A stretch of 24,336 bases of DNA from Planctomycetota bacterium (lineage in GTDB: Bacteria; Planctomycetota; UBA11346), in contig JBBRLJ010000062.1 in NCBI GenBank assembly GCA_038231435.1, positions 1-24,336 of the forward strand. Direction: 5' to 3'. Position numbers and translations under genes: made by a program. Below, piece after piece: positions 9,023 through 19,060 of this stretch (the first letter of the stretch is position 1; every line of letters begins with the position of its first letter). The notes under the pieces are model-generated. The model saw only the letters and a program-made list of their open reading frames with translations, ran no database searches and was not told where the DNA came from.

Positions 9023-9268
9023 GGCGGCCCCGCCGGCCAGCCAGTCGACCGCGAAAGCCGCGGCAACGGTCGCATCCCAGATGGTTCATCCCGTCCAGCT
9101 CTCGCGAGAGCTGAGAAGGTCACACACGGGGCGTGGATCGCGGCGGGGGTGAGATTGCCGCATGTCCCTGTGGCGCATATTCATGTGCGCGCTGCCCCAC
9201 CTCGTCGGCGGGGGCGGCAGAGCAACGTCCGGGGCCGACCGGCGTACCCTTTTACGAGGTGTGGCCAC

Positions 9269-10351
9269 ATGGCTTACGACATGAATCAGCTGTTGGAGAT
9301 CTGCCTCCAGCAGAACGCGTCCGACATCCACATCACCGTCGGCCGCCCGCCCACCTTCCGCATCCACGGCAGCTGCAAGAGCCTCAAGGCGAATCCACTC
9401 ACCGCCGAGGATACCGCCCAGCTGATGAAGCAGATCACCAGCGAGCGCGGCCAGACCGAGATCTCTGAAGTAGGCTCGACCGACTTCGCCATCGGCTACT
9501 TCGACAAGGCCCGCTTCCGCGTGAACGCGTTCAAGCAGAAGGGCAAGCTCGCGATGGTGCTGCGCCTCATCCCATCGAAGATCATGACCTTCGAGGAGAT
9601 CGGGCTGCCGCCGCTGATCAAGGACGTGTGCACGCGTCCGCGTGGCCTGGTGCTGGTCACCGGCCCCACCGGCTCGGGCAAGTCCACCACCCTCGCCACG
9701 ATGATCGACTTCATCAACAACGAGGAAGAGGGCCACATCATCACCCTCGAGGACCCGATCGAGTTCTACCACTCGCACAAGAAGTGCGTGGTGAACCAGC
9801 GCGAGATCCACATCGACTGCCCGAGCTTCGCCGAAGGCCTGCGTCGATCGTTGCGCGAGGATCCGGACGTCATCCTGGTTGGTGAAATGCGCGACCCCGA
9901 GACCACCGCCGCGGCGATCTCGGCGGCCGAGACCGGCCACTTGGTGTTCGGCACGCTCCACACCACCGGCGCCGGCCGCACGGTCGACCGCATCATCGAT
10001 CAGTTCCCGGTGAACCAGCAGGAGATGATCCGCACCCAGCTGGCCGGAAACCTGATCGCCGTCATCTCGCAGGCGCTGGTGCCCAAGGCCGGCGGCAAGG
10101 GCCGCGTCGCCGCCTACGAGATCATGCTGATGAACGCCGCCATCTCGAACCTGATCCGCGAGAACAAGAGCTTCCGCATCGACTCGACCATCCAGACCAG
10201 CGGCAACCAGGGCATGATCCTGCTCGACGACAAGCTCTTCCAATTCTACCAGCAGGGCGTCATCGACTTCGAGCACATGATGATGTTCGCCAAGGACCAG
10301 GGTTTCCTCCAGCGCAAGGTCGAGGAAGCCGGCGGCGGCAAGCGTGCATGA
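9269..10351 (+). CDS. pilT: Type IV pilus retraction ATPase PilT
   Basis: ASDIHITVGRPP, Walker A GPTGSGKST, ITLEDPIEF, LREDPDVILVGEMRD, AAETGHLVFGTLHT, AISNLIRE. SD GAGGTG at 9256-9261 precedes ATG 9269. Confidence 0.95.
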   Translation: MAYDMNQLLEICLQQNASDIHITVGRPPTFRIHGSCKSLKANPLTAEDTAQLMKQITSERGQTEISEVGSTDFAIGYFDKARFRVNAFKQKGKLAMVLRLIPSKIMTFEEIGLPPLIKDVCTRPRGLVLVTGPTGSGKSTTLATMIDFINNEEEGHIITLEDPIEFYHSHKKCVVNQREIHIDCPSFAEGLRRSLREDPDVILVGEMRDPETTAAAISAAETGHLVFGTLHTTGAGRTVDRIIDQFPVNQQEMIRTQLAGNLIAVISQALVPKAGGKGRVAAYEIMLMNAAISNLIRENKSFRIDSTIQTSGNQGMILLDDKLFQFYQQGVIDFEHMMMFAKDQGFLQRKVEEAGGGKRA

Positions 10352-10382
10352 GTAAGGAAGCGCCACCACGCGTCAGCTATCA

Positions 10383-10579
10383 GCCCATGGCGCCACAGGC
10401 GCCTGCGAGCGTAGCGAGCGCGGGCGCAGCCCGCATGGGCGGAGCATTCACGAGGGGGGGCAGCGCCGTAGGCGCGTTGCCGGGGGGGCCGGCGGCCCCC
10501 TGGCTGATGAAGAAGTCCCCCATCCGGCGCAGCCGGATAGCGAGCGTAGCGAGCCGCGGGCATAGCCCGCGAGGGGGAC
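10383..10579. repeat. Composite REP-like palindromic region: two multibranch modules plus one inverted, degenerate copy of the 13781/18917 element
   Basis: GCGAGCGTAGCGAGC at 10405-10419 and 10540-10554, each flanked by triloop hairpins and a closing stem. 10454-10504 resembles the reverse complement of 13781-13826. Confidence 0.8.
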
Positions 10580-12349
10580 GTGATGTTTAAGTCCGGAGGC
10601 GTCGACCCCAAGGCCCTGTTGAAGCTCCTCTACGAATGGGAGGAGGTCGACCAGCCGACGGCGCAGAAGATCTTCAGCGCGCACAAGAAGGGCGGCCAGG
10701 ACATCGTCGCAGCCTGCCTCGAGGGCGGCATCCGTAACGACGCGGTGCTCGGCGCGATCGCGCGCCTGCTCGGCATGGAGATGGTCCAGCTCTCCGGCAT
10801 GACCATGCCGAAGGCGCTGATCGACAAGGTTCCCGCCAACGTCGCCAACTCCTACCGCATCATCCCGGTGCGCATGGAGGAGAACGCGCTGGTGGTGGCT
10901 ACGTCCGACCCAGACAACCTCGCGGCGCTCGACGATCTCAAGTTCATGCTCGGCGTGTCGCAGGTGCGACCGGCGCTGACCTCGGACGAGTCCATCGAGG
11001 AAGCGCTCAAGCAGTATTATCCCGTCCAGGCCGTCGACGAGAACCAGGCGACGGTCGACGCGCTGATGAAGAACATGGGCGAGGAGATCTCCGACGGCGA
11101 CGGAGATGGCGGCTCGTTCATCATCGACCCCGGTGCATTGGCGAACATCGACACCAATGACGTCGGCGCCGCCGCCGAATCCGCTCCGGTACGCAAGCTG
11201 CTGAACCTGATCCTGCTCACCGCGGTGAAGGCCCAGGCCGCCGACATCCATTTCGAGCCGTTCGAGGACGTGTTCCGCGTGCGCAACCGCATCGACGGCG
11301 TGCTCTACGAGATGCTCCCGGTTCCGAAGAACTTGGCCGGGGCGCTGGTCGCGCGCATCAAGGTCATGTCCCACCTGGACATCGCCGAGCGGCGGCTTCC
11401 CCAGGACGGCAAGATCCCGGTCAAGATCGGCGACCGCGAGGTCGACCTGCGCGTATCGTGCCTACCGACGATGTTCGGCGAGTCGGTGGTGATTCGAATC
11501 CTCGATCGCAAGGTGATGAACCTCGATCTCGAGAAGATCGGCTTCGCCGACGACATGCTCGCGTACTTCAGGACCGTGATCGAACGGCCCAACGGCATCG
11601 TCATCGTCACCGGTCCGACCGGCTCGGGCAAGACCACCACGCTCTACTCGGCGCTGTGCGCCGTGAACGACGACTCGGTGAAGATCATCACCACCGAGGA
11701 TCCGGTCGAATACGAGATCCACGGTCTGATCCAGGTCCCCGTGGATGAGGAGGTCGGCCGGTCGTTCTCGCAGTGCCTGCGCGCCATCCTGCGCCAGGAT
11801 CCGGACATCGTGCTGGTCGGCGAGGCGCGCGACAAGGAGACGGCGCAGATCGCCATCCAAGCCTCGCTGACCGGCCACTTGGTGTTCACCACCCTGCATA
11901 CCAACGATGCGCCCACCGCCGTTACCCGTCTCATCGACATGGGCATCGAGCCGTTCCTGCTGAGCGCGACGCTGGAGACCGTGTGCGCCCAACGACTCGT
12001 CCGCACCATCTGCATCAAATGCAAGGCCCCATACCAGCCGAGCGAGGAAGAGCTGATGCAGCTCGGCATCAAGTCGCGCGACGTGCAGAACCAGAGGTTC
12101 TTCTACGGCAAGGGCTGCGACAACTGCAAAAACACCGGTTATCGCGGCCGCACGGCGCTGTTCGAGATGATGGACGTCAACGACACCATCCGCGAAATGA
12201 TCATCAACAAGGCGTCCGCGACGCAGATGCGCCTGGCGGCGCAGCGCTCCGGCATGCGCACCCTGCGCGACGCGGGCATCCAGAAGATCTTTGCCGGGCT
12301 CAGCACCATCGAGGAGGTCGTCAAGGAGACCCTGGCGCTCGAGGACTGA
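10580..12349 (+). CDS. pilB: Type IV pilus/T2SS assembly ATPase PilB (GspE family)
   Basis: ADIHFEP, RIDGVL, LDIAERRLPQDG, GPTGSGKTTTLY, TEDPVEY, LRQDPDIVLVGEARD, ASLTGHLVFTTLHTNDA, Zn site CIKC...GCDNC. Start is GTG 10580 or ATG 10583. Confidence 0.95.
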   Translation: MMFKSGGVDPKALLKLLYEWEEVDQPTAQKIFSAHKKGGQDIVAACLEGGIRNDAVLGAIARLLGMEMVQLSGMTMPKALIDKVPANVANSYRIIPVRMEENALVVATSDPDNLAALDDLKFMLGVSQVRPALTSDESIEEALKQYYPVQAVDENQATVDALMKNMGEEISDGDGDGGSFIIDPGALANIDTNDVGAAAESAPVRKLLNLILLTAVKAQAADIHFEPFEDVFRVRNRIDGVLYEMLPVPKNLAGALVARIKVMSHLDIAERRLPQDGKIPVKIGDREVDLRVSCLPTMFGESVVIRILDRKVMNLDLEKIGFADDMLAYFRTVIERPNGIVIVTGPTGSGKTTTLYSALCAVNDDSVKIITTEDPVEYEIHGLIQVPVDEEVGRSFSQCLRAILRQDPDIVLVGEARDKETAQIAIQASLTGHLVFTTLHTNDAPTAVTRLIDMGIEPFLLSATLETVCAQRLVRTICIKCKAPYQPSEEELMQLGIKSRDVQNQRFFYGKGCDNCKNTGYRGRTALFEMMDVNDTIREMIINKASATQMRLAAQRSGMRTLRDAGIQKIFAGLSTIEEVVKETLALED

Positions 12350-12511
12350 TCCGCCCGGGGATCGCCAGACAGCCATACCGGAAAACACCCCATGCCGCTC
12401 GCAGCCGGCTACCCGGCATGTTAGCCTTCCCCACGACCCCCCACGCCTGTCCGTCCCTCTGCGTCCCCCGTTCATCGACGACGCCCGAGCGTGTGACCAT
12501 CGGAGCCCATC

Positions 12512-13774
12512 ATGCCTACGTTCGCATTCAAAGCCCATGACAAGCGCGCCAACAAGGAGGTCACCGACTCGGTCGATGCTCCGAACCAGATGGAGGCGAT
12601 CGCCGCCATCAAGCGCCTCGGGTACCTGCCGATCGAGGTGAAGGAATCCAGGGCGCGCAGCGCCAAGGCCGGCGCCCAGGGCGGCGGCCAGGGTGGCGGC
12701 AAGAAAGCGGGCATGAGCTTCGGCTTCGGAGGGGTCAAGCCCGCGGTGGTCACGCTCTTCACTCGCCAGCTGTCCACCCTGCAAGACGCTGGCCTGCCGA
12801 TCGTGCAGAGCCTGCAGATCCTCGCCAACATGCAGCGTCCAGGCGTGTTCAAGAACGCCGTCGCCCGGGTCACCGACGACGTCCAGAGCGGCACCATGCT
12901 CTCAGAGGCGATGACGCGCTTCCCCAAGATCTGGGATCCGCTCTACACCAACCTGGTGAAAGCTGGCGAGACCGCTGGCGCGCTCGACGTGATCCTGCGC
13001 CGCCTCGCGGAATTCCGCGAGAAGGCCCAGCGCCTGAAGAAGAAGGTCATCGGCGCCCTGGTGTACCCCATCGCGGTCATGACCATCGCCTCGAGCATCC
13101 TGACCTTCATCATGGTGTTCATCGTGCCGAAGTTCGAGGCCATCTTCCGCGACCTCGGCATCACCCTTCCGGGTCTCACCGAATTCCTCATCAGCTTCTC
13201 GCGCTTCATGGCCAACTGGTGGTGGGCCATGCTTATCGCGATCGTCGGCCTGATCGTGTTCATGCGGCTCTTCCGCCGCACCGAGAAGGGCGGCAATTTC
13301 GTCGATCGCGTGATGCTGCGCATGCCGGTGCTCGGCGGCATCATCAAGAAGAGCTCGGTCGCGCGCTTCACGCGCACGCTCGGCACACTGGTGACGTCGG
13401 GCGTCGGCTTCCTCGATGCGCTCGAGATCACCAAGTCCGCGACCCCGAACATCGTCGTGCGCAACGCGATCTCGGAGGTGCGCGAATCGGTGAAGGAGGG
13501 CGAGACCATCAACGAGCCTCTGCGCCGCTCCGGCGTATTCGACGATATCGTCGTGAACATGATCAAGGTGGGCGAGGAGACCGGCGAGCTCGACAAGATG
13601 CTCATCAAGATCGCCGACAACTACGATGAAGAGGTCGACGCCGCGGTGGCCGCGATGATGGCCTTGCTCGAACCCGCGCTGATCATCTTCATGGGCGGCG
13701 CGGTCGGCTTCATCGTCATCGCGCTGTTCATGCCCTTGATCAAGATCATCGAGGAGTTGGGCAAGTCGACGTGA
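12512..13774 (+). CDS. pilC: Type IV pilus inner-membrane platform protein PilC (GspF family), copy 1
   Basis: FTRQLSTLQDAGLPIVQSL, LVKAGETAGALD, ALVYP, RFTRTLGTLV, MIKVGEETGELDKML, LLEPALI; three TM segments; GGAG SD. Confidence 0.95.
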   Translation: MPTFAFKAHDKRANKEVTDSVDAPNQMEAIAAIKRLGYLPIEVKESRARSAKAGAQGGGQGGGKKAGMSFGFGGVKPAVVTLFTRQLSTLQDAGLPIVQSLQILANMQRPGVFKNAVARVTDDVQSGTMLSEAMTRFPKIWDPLYTNLVKAGETAGALDVILRRLAEFREKAQRLKKKVIGALVYPIAVMTIASSILTFIMVFIVPKFEAIFRDLGITLPGLTEFLISFSRFMANWWWAMLIAIVGLIVFMRLFRRTEKGGNFVDRVMLRMPVLGGIIKKSSVARFTRTLGTLVTSGVGFLDALEITKSATPNIVVRNAISEVRESVKEGETINEPLRRSGVFDDIVVNMIKVGEETGELDKMLIKIADNYDEEVDAAVAAMMALLEPALIIFMGGAVGFIVIALFMPLIKIIEELGKST

Positions 13775-13780
13775 CTTTTT

Positions 13781-13826
13781 GTTGGGGGGCTACGGCCCCC
13801 CAACATCGCCCTCCGGGCTGCCCCCC
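13781..13826. repeat. 46-bp dispersed palindromic element, copy 1
   Basis: GTTGGGGGGC-TACG-GCCCCCCAAC-ATC-GCCC-TCC-GGGC-TGCCCCCC; 44/46 identical to 18917-18962. Confidence 0.9.
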
Positions 13827-13860
13827 AAGAGCCAGGGAGCAGGGAGGGTTTGGGAAAGGC

Positions 13861-13891
13861 GAAAAAGGTCCGGCGGCGCCGGACCTTTTTC
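13861..13891. terminator. Intrinsic (bidirectional) terminator after pilC copy 1
   Basis: Perfect 14-bp inverted repeat GAAAAAGGTCCGGC-GGC-GCCGGACCTTTTTC followed by TGTTT. Confidence 0.82.
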
Positions 13892-14105
13892 TGTTTCTGG
13901 ATGTGAACCCAGGAGCGTCATCGCGACGACGTTCCGGGCGTATGCATTGAACTGCGTGCGCATGCCGGACTTGCGCAAACAACGGTGAAATGCCGGTGAT
14001 TGGCAACGCGCGGCTTAGCGGCGCGTATGACGTTATGAGGCGTGGGATCCGGACAGCACGTTCCGGATGCGCGCCAGAGCGCTGAAGAATCGTTGATCCA
14101 TGCCT

Positions 14106-14170
14106 GCGTTCTCCGGCTTTCGCCGCAGGACGCGCCGGGGTTTCGTCGCCACCCTCGAGCCGGAGAACGC
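14106..14170 (+). promoter_or_regulatory. Anti-Shine-Dalgarno stem in the 5' leader of pilC copy 2
   Basis: GCGTTCTCCGGCT (14106-14118) is perfectly complementary to AGCCGGAGAACGC (14158-14170), which contains the GGAG SD. Confidence 0.55.
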
Positions 14171-14171
14171 C

Positions 14172-15413
14172 ATGCCCACCTTCGCCTACACCGCCCACGA
14201 TCCGCGCACCAATACCCAGGTCGAGGACGCCATCGAGGCGCCCAGCGAGATGGAGGCGGTGGCGGCCATCCGCCGGCGCGGCCAGCGGCCGATGGAGATC
14301 CGCCAACGCCGGCGCGCGACTCCGGCAGGAGCATCGGGCGGTGCCAAGCGGAGCGTGTGGGGCGGTGGGCGCATCAAGGCGGCGGCGGTGACGGTGTTCA
14401 CGCGCCAACTCTCCACGCTCCAGGATGCCGGACTGCCGCTAGTGCAGAGCCTGCAGATCCTCGGCAACATGCAGCGGCCCGGGGCGCTGCATTCGGTGCT
14501 CGGGCGGGTGACCGAGGATCTCCAGGGCGGCATGATGCTCTCAGAGGCGATGGCCCGCCATCCACGCGTGTGGGACCCGCTGTACACCAATCTGGTCAAG
14601 GCCGGCGAGATGGGCGGCGCGCTCGATGTGATCCTGCGCCGGCTCGCGGAGTTCCGCGAGAAATCCCAGCGCCTGAAGAAGAAGGTGATCGGAGCCCTGG
14701 TCTATCCGATCGCGGTGCTGACCATCGCCTCTGCCATCCTCACCTTCATCATGGTCTTCATCATCCCCCGCTTCGAGGAGATCTTTCGCGATCTCGGCGT
14801 CAGGTTGCCGGCGATCACCGACTGCCTGATCGGGATGAGCCGCTTCATGGCGTCGTGGTGGTGGATGATGGCCATCGGCGGTGTAGCTATCGTGATCGGC
14901 GCACGCCTATTCCGCCGCACCGCCAAGGGTGCCGAGGTGGTCGACCGCGCCGCGCTGCGCATGCCGGTGCTTGGAGGCATCGTCAAGAAGAGCTCGGTGG
15001 CGCGCTTCACGCGCACCTTGGGCACGCTCGTCCAATCCGGTGTCGGCTTCCTCGACGCATTGGATATCACGCGCGCCTCGACGCCGAACTTCGTGGTGCG
15101 CCGCGCCATCAACGAGGTGCGTGAATCGGTGAAGGAGGGCGAGACCATCAACGAGCCGCTGCGACGTTCGGGGGTATTCGACGACATCGTGGTGAACATG
15201 ATCAAGGTGGGCGAGGAGACCGGCGAACTCGACCGCATGCTGATCAAGGTCGCCGATACCTACGACGAGGAGGTCGATGCCGCGGTTGCGGCGATGATGG
15301 CGCTGCTCGAACCCGCGCTGATCATCGTCATGGGTACGATCGTCGGCTTCATCGTTATCGCGTTGTTCATGCCGCTGATCGAGATCATCAAGAATCTCAA
15401 TCAGGGGATGTGA
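14172..15413 (+). CDS. pilC: Type IV pilus platform protein PilC (GspF family), copy 2
   Basis: Colinear paralog of 12512..13774 (both begin MPTFA; shared ESVKEGETINEPLRRSGVFDDIVVNMIKVGEETGELD). GGAG at 14162-14165 precedes ATG 14172. Confidence 0.95.
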   Translation: MPTFAYTAHDPRTNTQVEDAIEAPSEMEAVAAIRRRGQRPMEIRQRRRATPAGASGGAKRSVWGGGRIKAAAVTVFTRQLSTLQDAGLPLVQSLQILGNMQRPGALHSVLGRVTEDLQGGMMLSEAMARHPRVWDPLYTNLVKAGEMGGALDVILRRLAEFREKSQRLKKKVIGALVYPIAVLTIASAILTFIMVFIIPRFEEIFRDLGVRLPAITDCLIGMSRFMASWWWMMAIGGVAIVIGARLFRRTAKGAEVVDRAALRMPVLGGIVKKSSVARFTRTLGTLVQSGVGFLDALDITRASTPNFVVRRAINEVRESVKEGETINEPLRRSGVFDDIVVNMIKVGEETGELDRMLIKVADTYDEEVDAAVAAMMALLEPALIIVMGTIVGFIVIALFMPLIEIIKNLNQGM

Positions 15414-15522
15414 AGCGGCCCGGTCCCTGTGGGCACGGTGACCGAGTGTCGACGGGTCGCAAGCTGGAGCCTTGTAGGTCACGGCACAGGGCTATCGTTA
15501 CTCCTCCGACCACGGAGGCGCC

Positions 15523-17181
<1,659 letters not shown>

Positions 17182-17233
17182 CGACGGCAACAGAGGTGAC
17201 GATGGGACGCCCCGATCGACAAAGCAGGTGCCG

Positions 17234-17935
17234 ATGAAGGCGCGTCTCGAACTCGCCGTCATCGGCACCGATACCGGCGTCGGCAAGACCCGTGTCACCG
17301 GCATTCTGGCGCGCGGGCTCAGGCAGCACGGTCGGAAGGTATGGATCCACAAGCCGGTCGCCTGTGGTGGTTGGAGCGGCGGCTGGAGCGACGGCACCGC
17401 CGAGGATGCGCGCACCCTGGCCGCATTCGTCGGCGACGGCCAGGATCCGTCCACCGTCTGTCCCCTGCAGTTTCCGGAGCCAGCCTCGCCGCATCTCGCG
17501 GCCGCCGCATCCGGCGCCGAGATCACGCTCGAGCGCCTGCGCGCGCATCTCACGCGCTGCCGCGGGCCCCACGATCTGGTCATGGAAGGCGTCGGCGGCC
17601 TGCTGGTGCCGCTCACCACCACGCGCGCGACCATCGTCGACCTGCTGGTGAATACCGGCATCGCCTGCGTGGTCGTCACCCGGCCCGACCTGGGCACGCT
17701 CAACCATACCGCGCTCACCGTCGAGGCCCTGCGCCGGCGCGGACTGCAGGTGCTCGGCCTGGTGCTCAACCACCATCGCGAGCACCCGGGCCCGCCGAGT
17801 CTGGCCATGCGCCACGCTGAACGCGAGCTGGGCGCGGTCACCGGCCTGCCGATCCTGGCGGTGCTGCCGCATGCCCCCGAGGGTAATTCCGCCGAGCTCG
17901 CTCAGGCCCTGGGCCAGGCCGTGCTGGCGACCTGA
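17234..17935 (+). CDS. bioD: Dethiobiotin synthase
   Basis: GTDTGVGKT P-loop, KPVACG, PASPHLAA, EGVGGLLVPL, LGTLNHTALT. Confidence 0.93.
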   Translation: MKARLELAVIGTDTGVGKTRVTGILARGLRQHGRKVWIHKPVACGGWSGGWSDGTAEDARTLAAFVGDGQDPSTVCPLQFPEPASPHLAAAASGAEITLERLRAHLTRCRGPHDLVMEGVGGLLVPLTTTRATIVDLLVNTGIACVVVTRPDLGTLNHTALTVEALRRRGLQVLGLVLNHHREHPGPPSLAMRHAERELGAVTGLPILAVLPHAPEGNSAELAQALGQAVLAT

Positions 17936-18061
17936 GCCCGACTCGTGATGGCATGGTGGCGGCGCGGGGCTCACGCGCGCCGTACCTGCGGCGATAGCGG
18001 TTGCGCGGCGATCCCGCCCGGGAGACCCTGAACGAACACCGTTCGAGGCCGTTCCATTCCT

Positions 18062-18910
18062 ATGCCCCAATCCCACTCCGCCGCTCCGGCTCCTCGCCAT
18101 CCGCTCGCGGCTGTCCGCTGTGCGCTGTCCGCTGTCTTCGCCGCCTGCTGCCTGCTCGCCTGCTCTCCTGCCCGGGCGCTCGACAACGCCAATGTCGCCT
18201 CGCCCGAGGAGGCTCCCGAGGTGCGCGAGACCCAGCCCTTCATCACCTCGATCAGCATCCTCAACGCCAACGATCGCGCGGTGCGCGTGAAGCTCATCGA
18301 TTCGAGCTGCACCTGCACGCAGCTCGAGCTGGGCGACCATTTCATCCTGCCCGGGGGACGCACCAAGCTCGACGTCACGGTGCCCAGCAAGGACCGCTCC
18401 GGCCCGCAGTCGGTGCACGTCAGCCTGTTCCTCAGCGACCCCGATTACCAGCCGATCGAGGTCGACGTGCTCTGGAAGGTACGCGCCTGCGTCCAGGTCG
18501 ACGCGATCGCCCCTGGCACCGATCCGCGCGAGCGTCCAGCCGACAAGGCCTGGCAGGACATCTACCGCTACGTCGTCGAGGAACGCCCTGACGAACCCAA
18601 CCGGCTGCGAAAGCGCATCCGCCTGAGCTGCCCGCCAGGGGAGGTGCCCGAAGGGGGTCTGAAGGTGCAGGGCATCGATTACGACGGCAAGCTCTGGGCC
18701 TTCACCACGACCGAGCAGGACAACGGCAGCATCCTGGTCACCGCCAAGGCCAAGGACGACAAGGCCGACCTGCCCGAGGGCGAATTCATCGAGAAGGCGG
18801 TGATCCGCACCAATCATCCCGACAAGCCGGTGATCGAGCTGCAATTCAACAGCTTCATCACCAAGGATGCCGGTCGCCGCGCGGCCGATCCACAGGGGCC
18901 GCAGAAGTAG
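18062..18910 (+). CDS. Exported DUF1573-like (Ig-fold) protein
   Basis: Signal peptide ending ARA-LD; DSSCTCT followed by ILPGGRTKL (DUF1573 SCGCT...I.PG pattern); C-terminal IRTNHPDKP. Confidence 0.68.
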   Translation: MPQSHSAAPAPRHPLAAVRCALSAVFAACCLLACSPARALDNANVASPEEAPEVRETQPFITSISILNANDRAVRVKLIDSSCTCTQLELGDHFILPGGRTKLDVTVPSKDRSGPQSVHVSLFLSDPDYQPIEVDVLWKVRACVQVDAIAPGTDPRERPADKAWQDIYRYVVEERPDEPNRLRKRIRLSCPPGEVPEGGLKVQGIDYDGKLWAFTTTEQDNGSILVTAKAKDDKADLPEGEFIEKAVIRTNHPDKPVIELQFNSFITKDAGRRAADPQGPQK

Positions 18911-18916
18911 CTGTCG

Positions 18917-18962
18917 GTTGGGGGGCTACGGCCCCCCAACATCGCGCTCCGCGCTGCCCCCC
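18917..18962. repeat. 46-bp dispersed palindromic element, copy 2
   Basis: GTTGGGGGGC-TACG-GCCCCCCAAC-ATC-GCGC-TCC-GCGC-TGCCCCCC, starting 6 bp after the upstream stop codon as copy 1 does. Confidence 0.9.
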
Positions 18963-19032
18963 GGAAAGCCGGAAGAATTCCCTATCTGGAAGGAGACATG
19001 CCGGTGGGTCTTTGAGGCCTGTGGCCAAGAGA

Positions 19033-19060
19033 TTGACCGGGGGGGGCAGCGGCGTCTAAT
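19033..19060 (+). promoter_or_regulatory. Candidate sigma70-type promoter for purQ
   Basis: TTGACC-N16-TCTAAT, 22 bp upstream of the ATG, followed by GGAGG SD. Confidence 0.35.

Noticed and set aside
9040..9125. SAM-I or TPP riboswitch in the pilT leader (GGCAAC, CAGC..GCTGAGA)
   Set aside because: The required 5' ATC..GAG core (SAM-I) and the GAACCTGAT motif (TPP) are absent, and the downstream gene does not fit.
10135..10165. AISNLIRE instead of AIRNLIRE in PilT as a sign of PilU or a defective motor
   Set aside because: It is a single substitution in an otherwise canonical PilT, within normal family variation.
13970..14030. c-di-GMP-I (GEMM) riboswitch upstream of pilC2 (GCAAAC...GAAA...GCAAC...CTTAG)
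   Set aside because: The resemblance is superficial: the stem around GAAA pairs poorly and the GACGCAAA and CTAA receptor consensus is not matched. Not called without an Infernal hit.
12512..15413. pilC pair as a DGR TR/VR pair or an assembly duplication
   Set aside because: Differences are spread over all bases, many at synonymous sites, and both ORFs are intact, which is ordinary paralogy.
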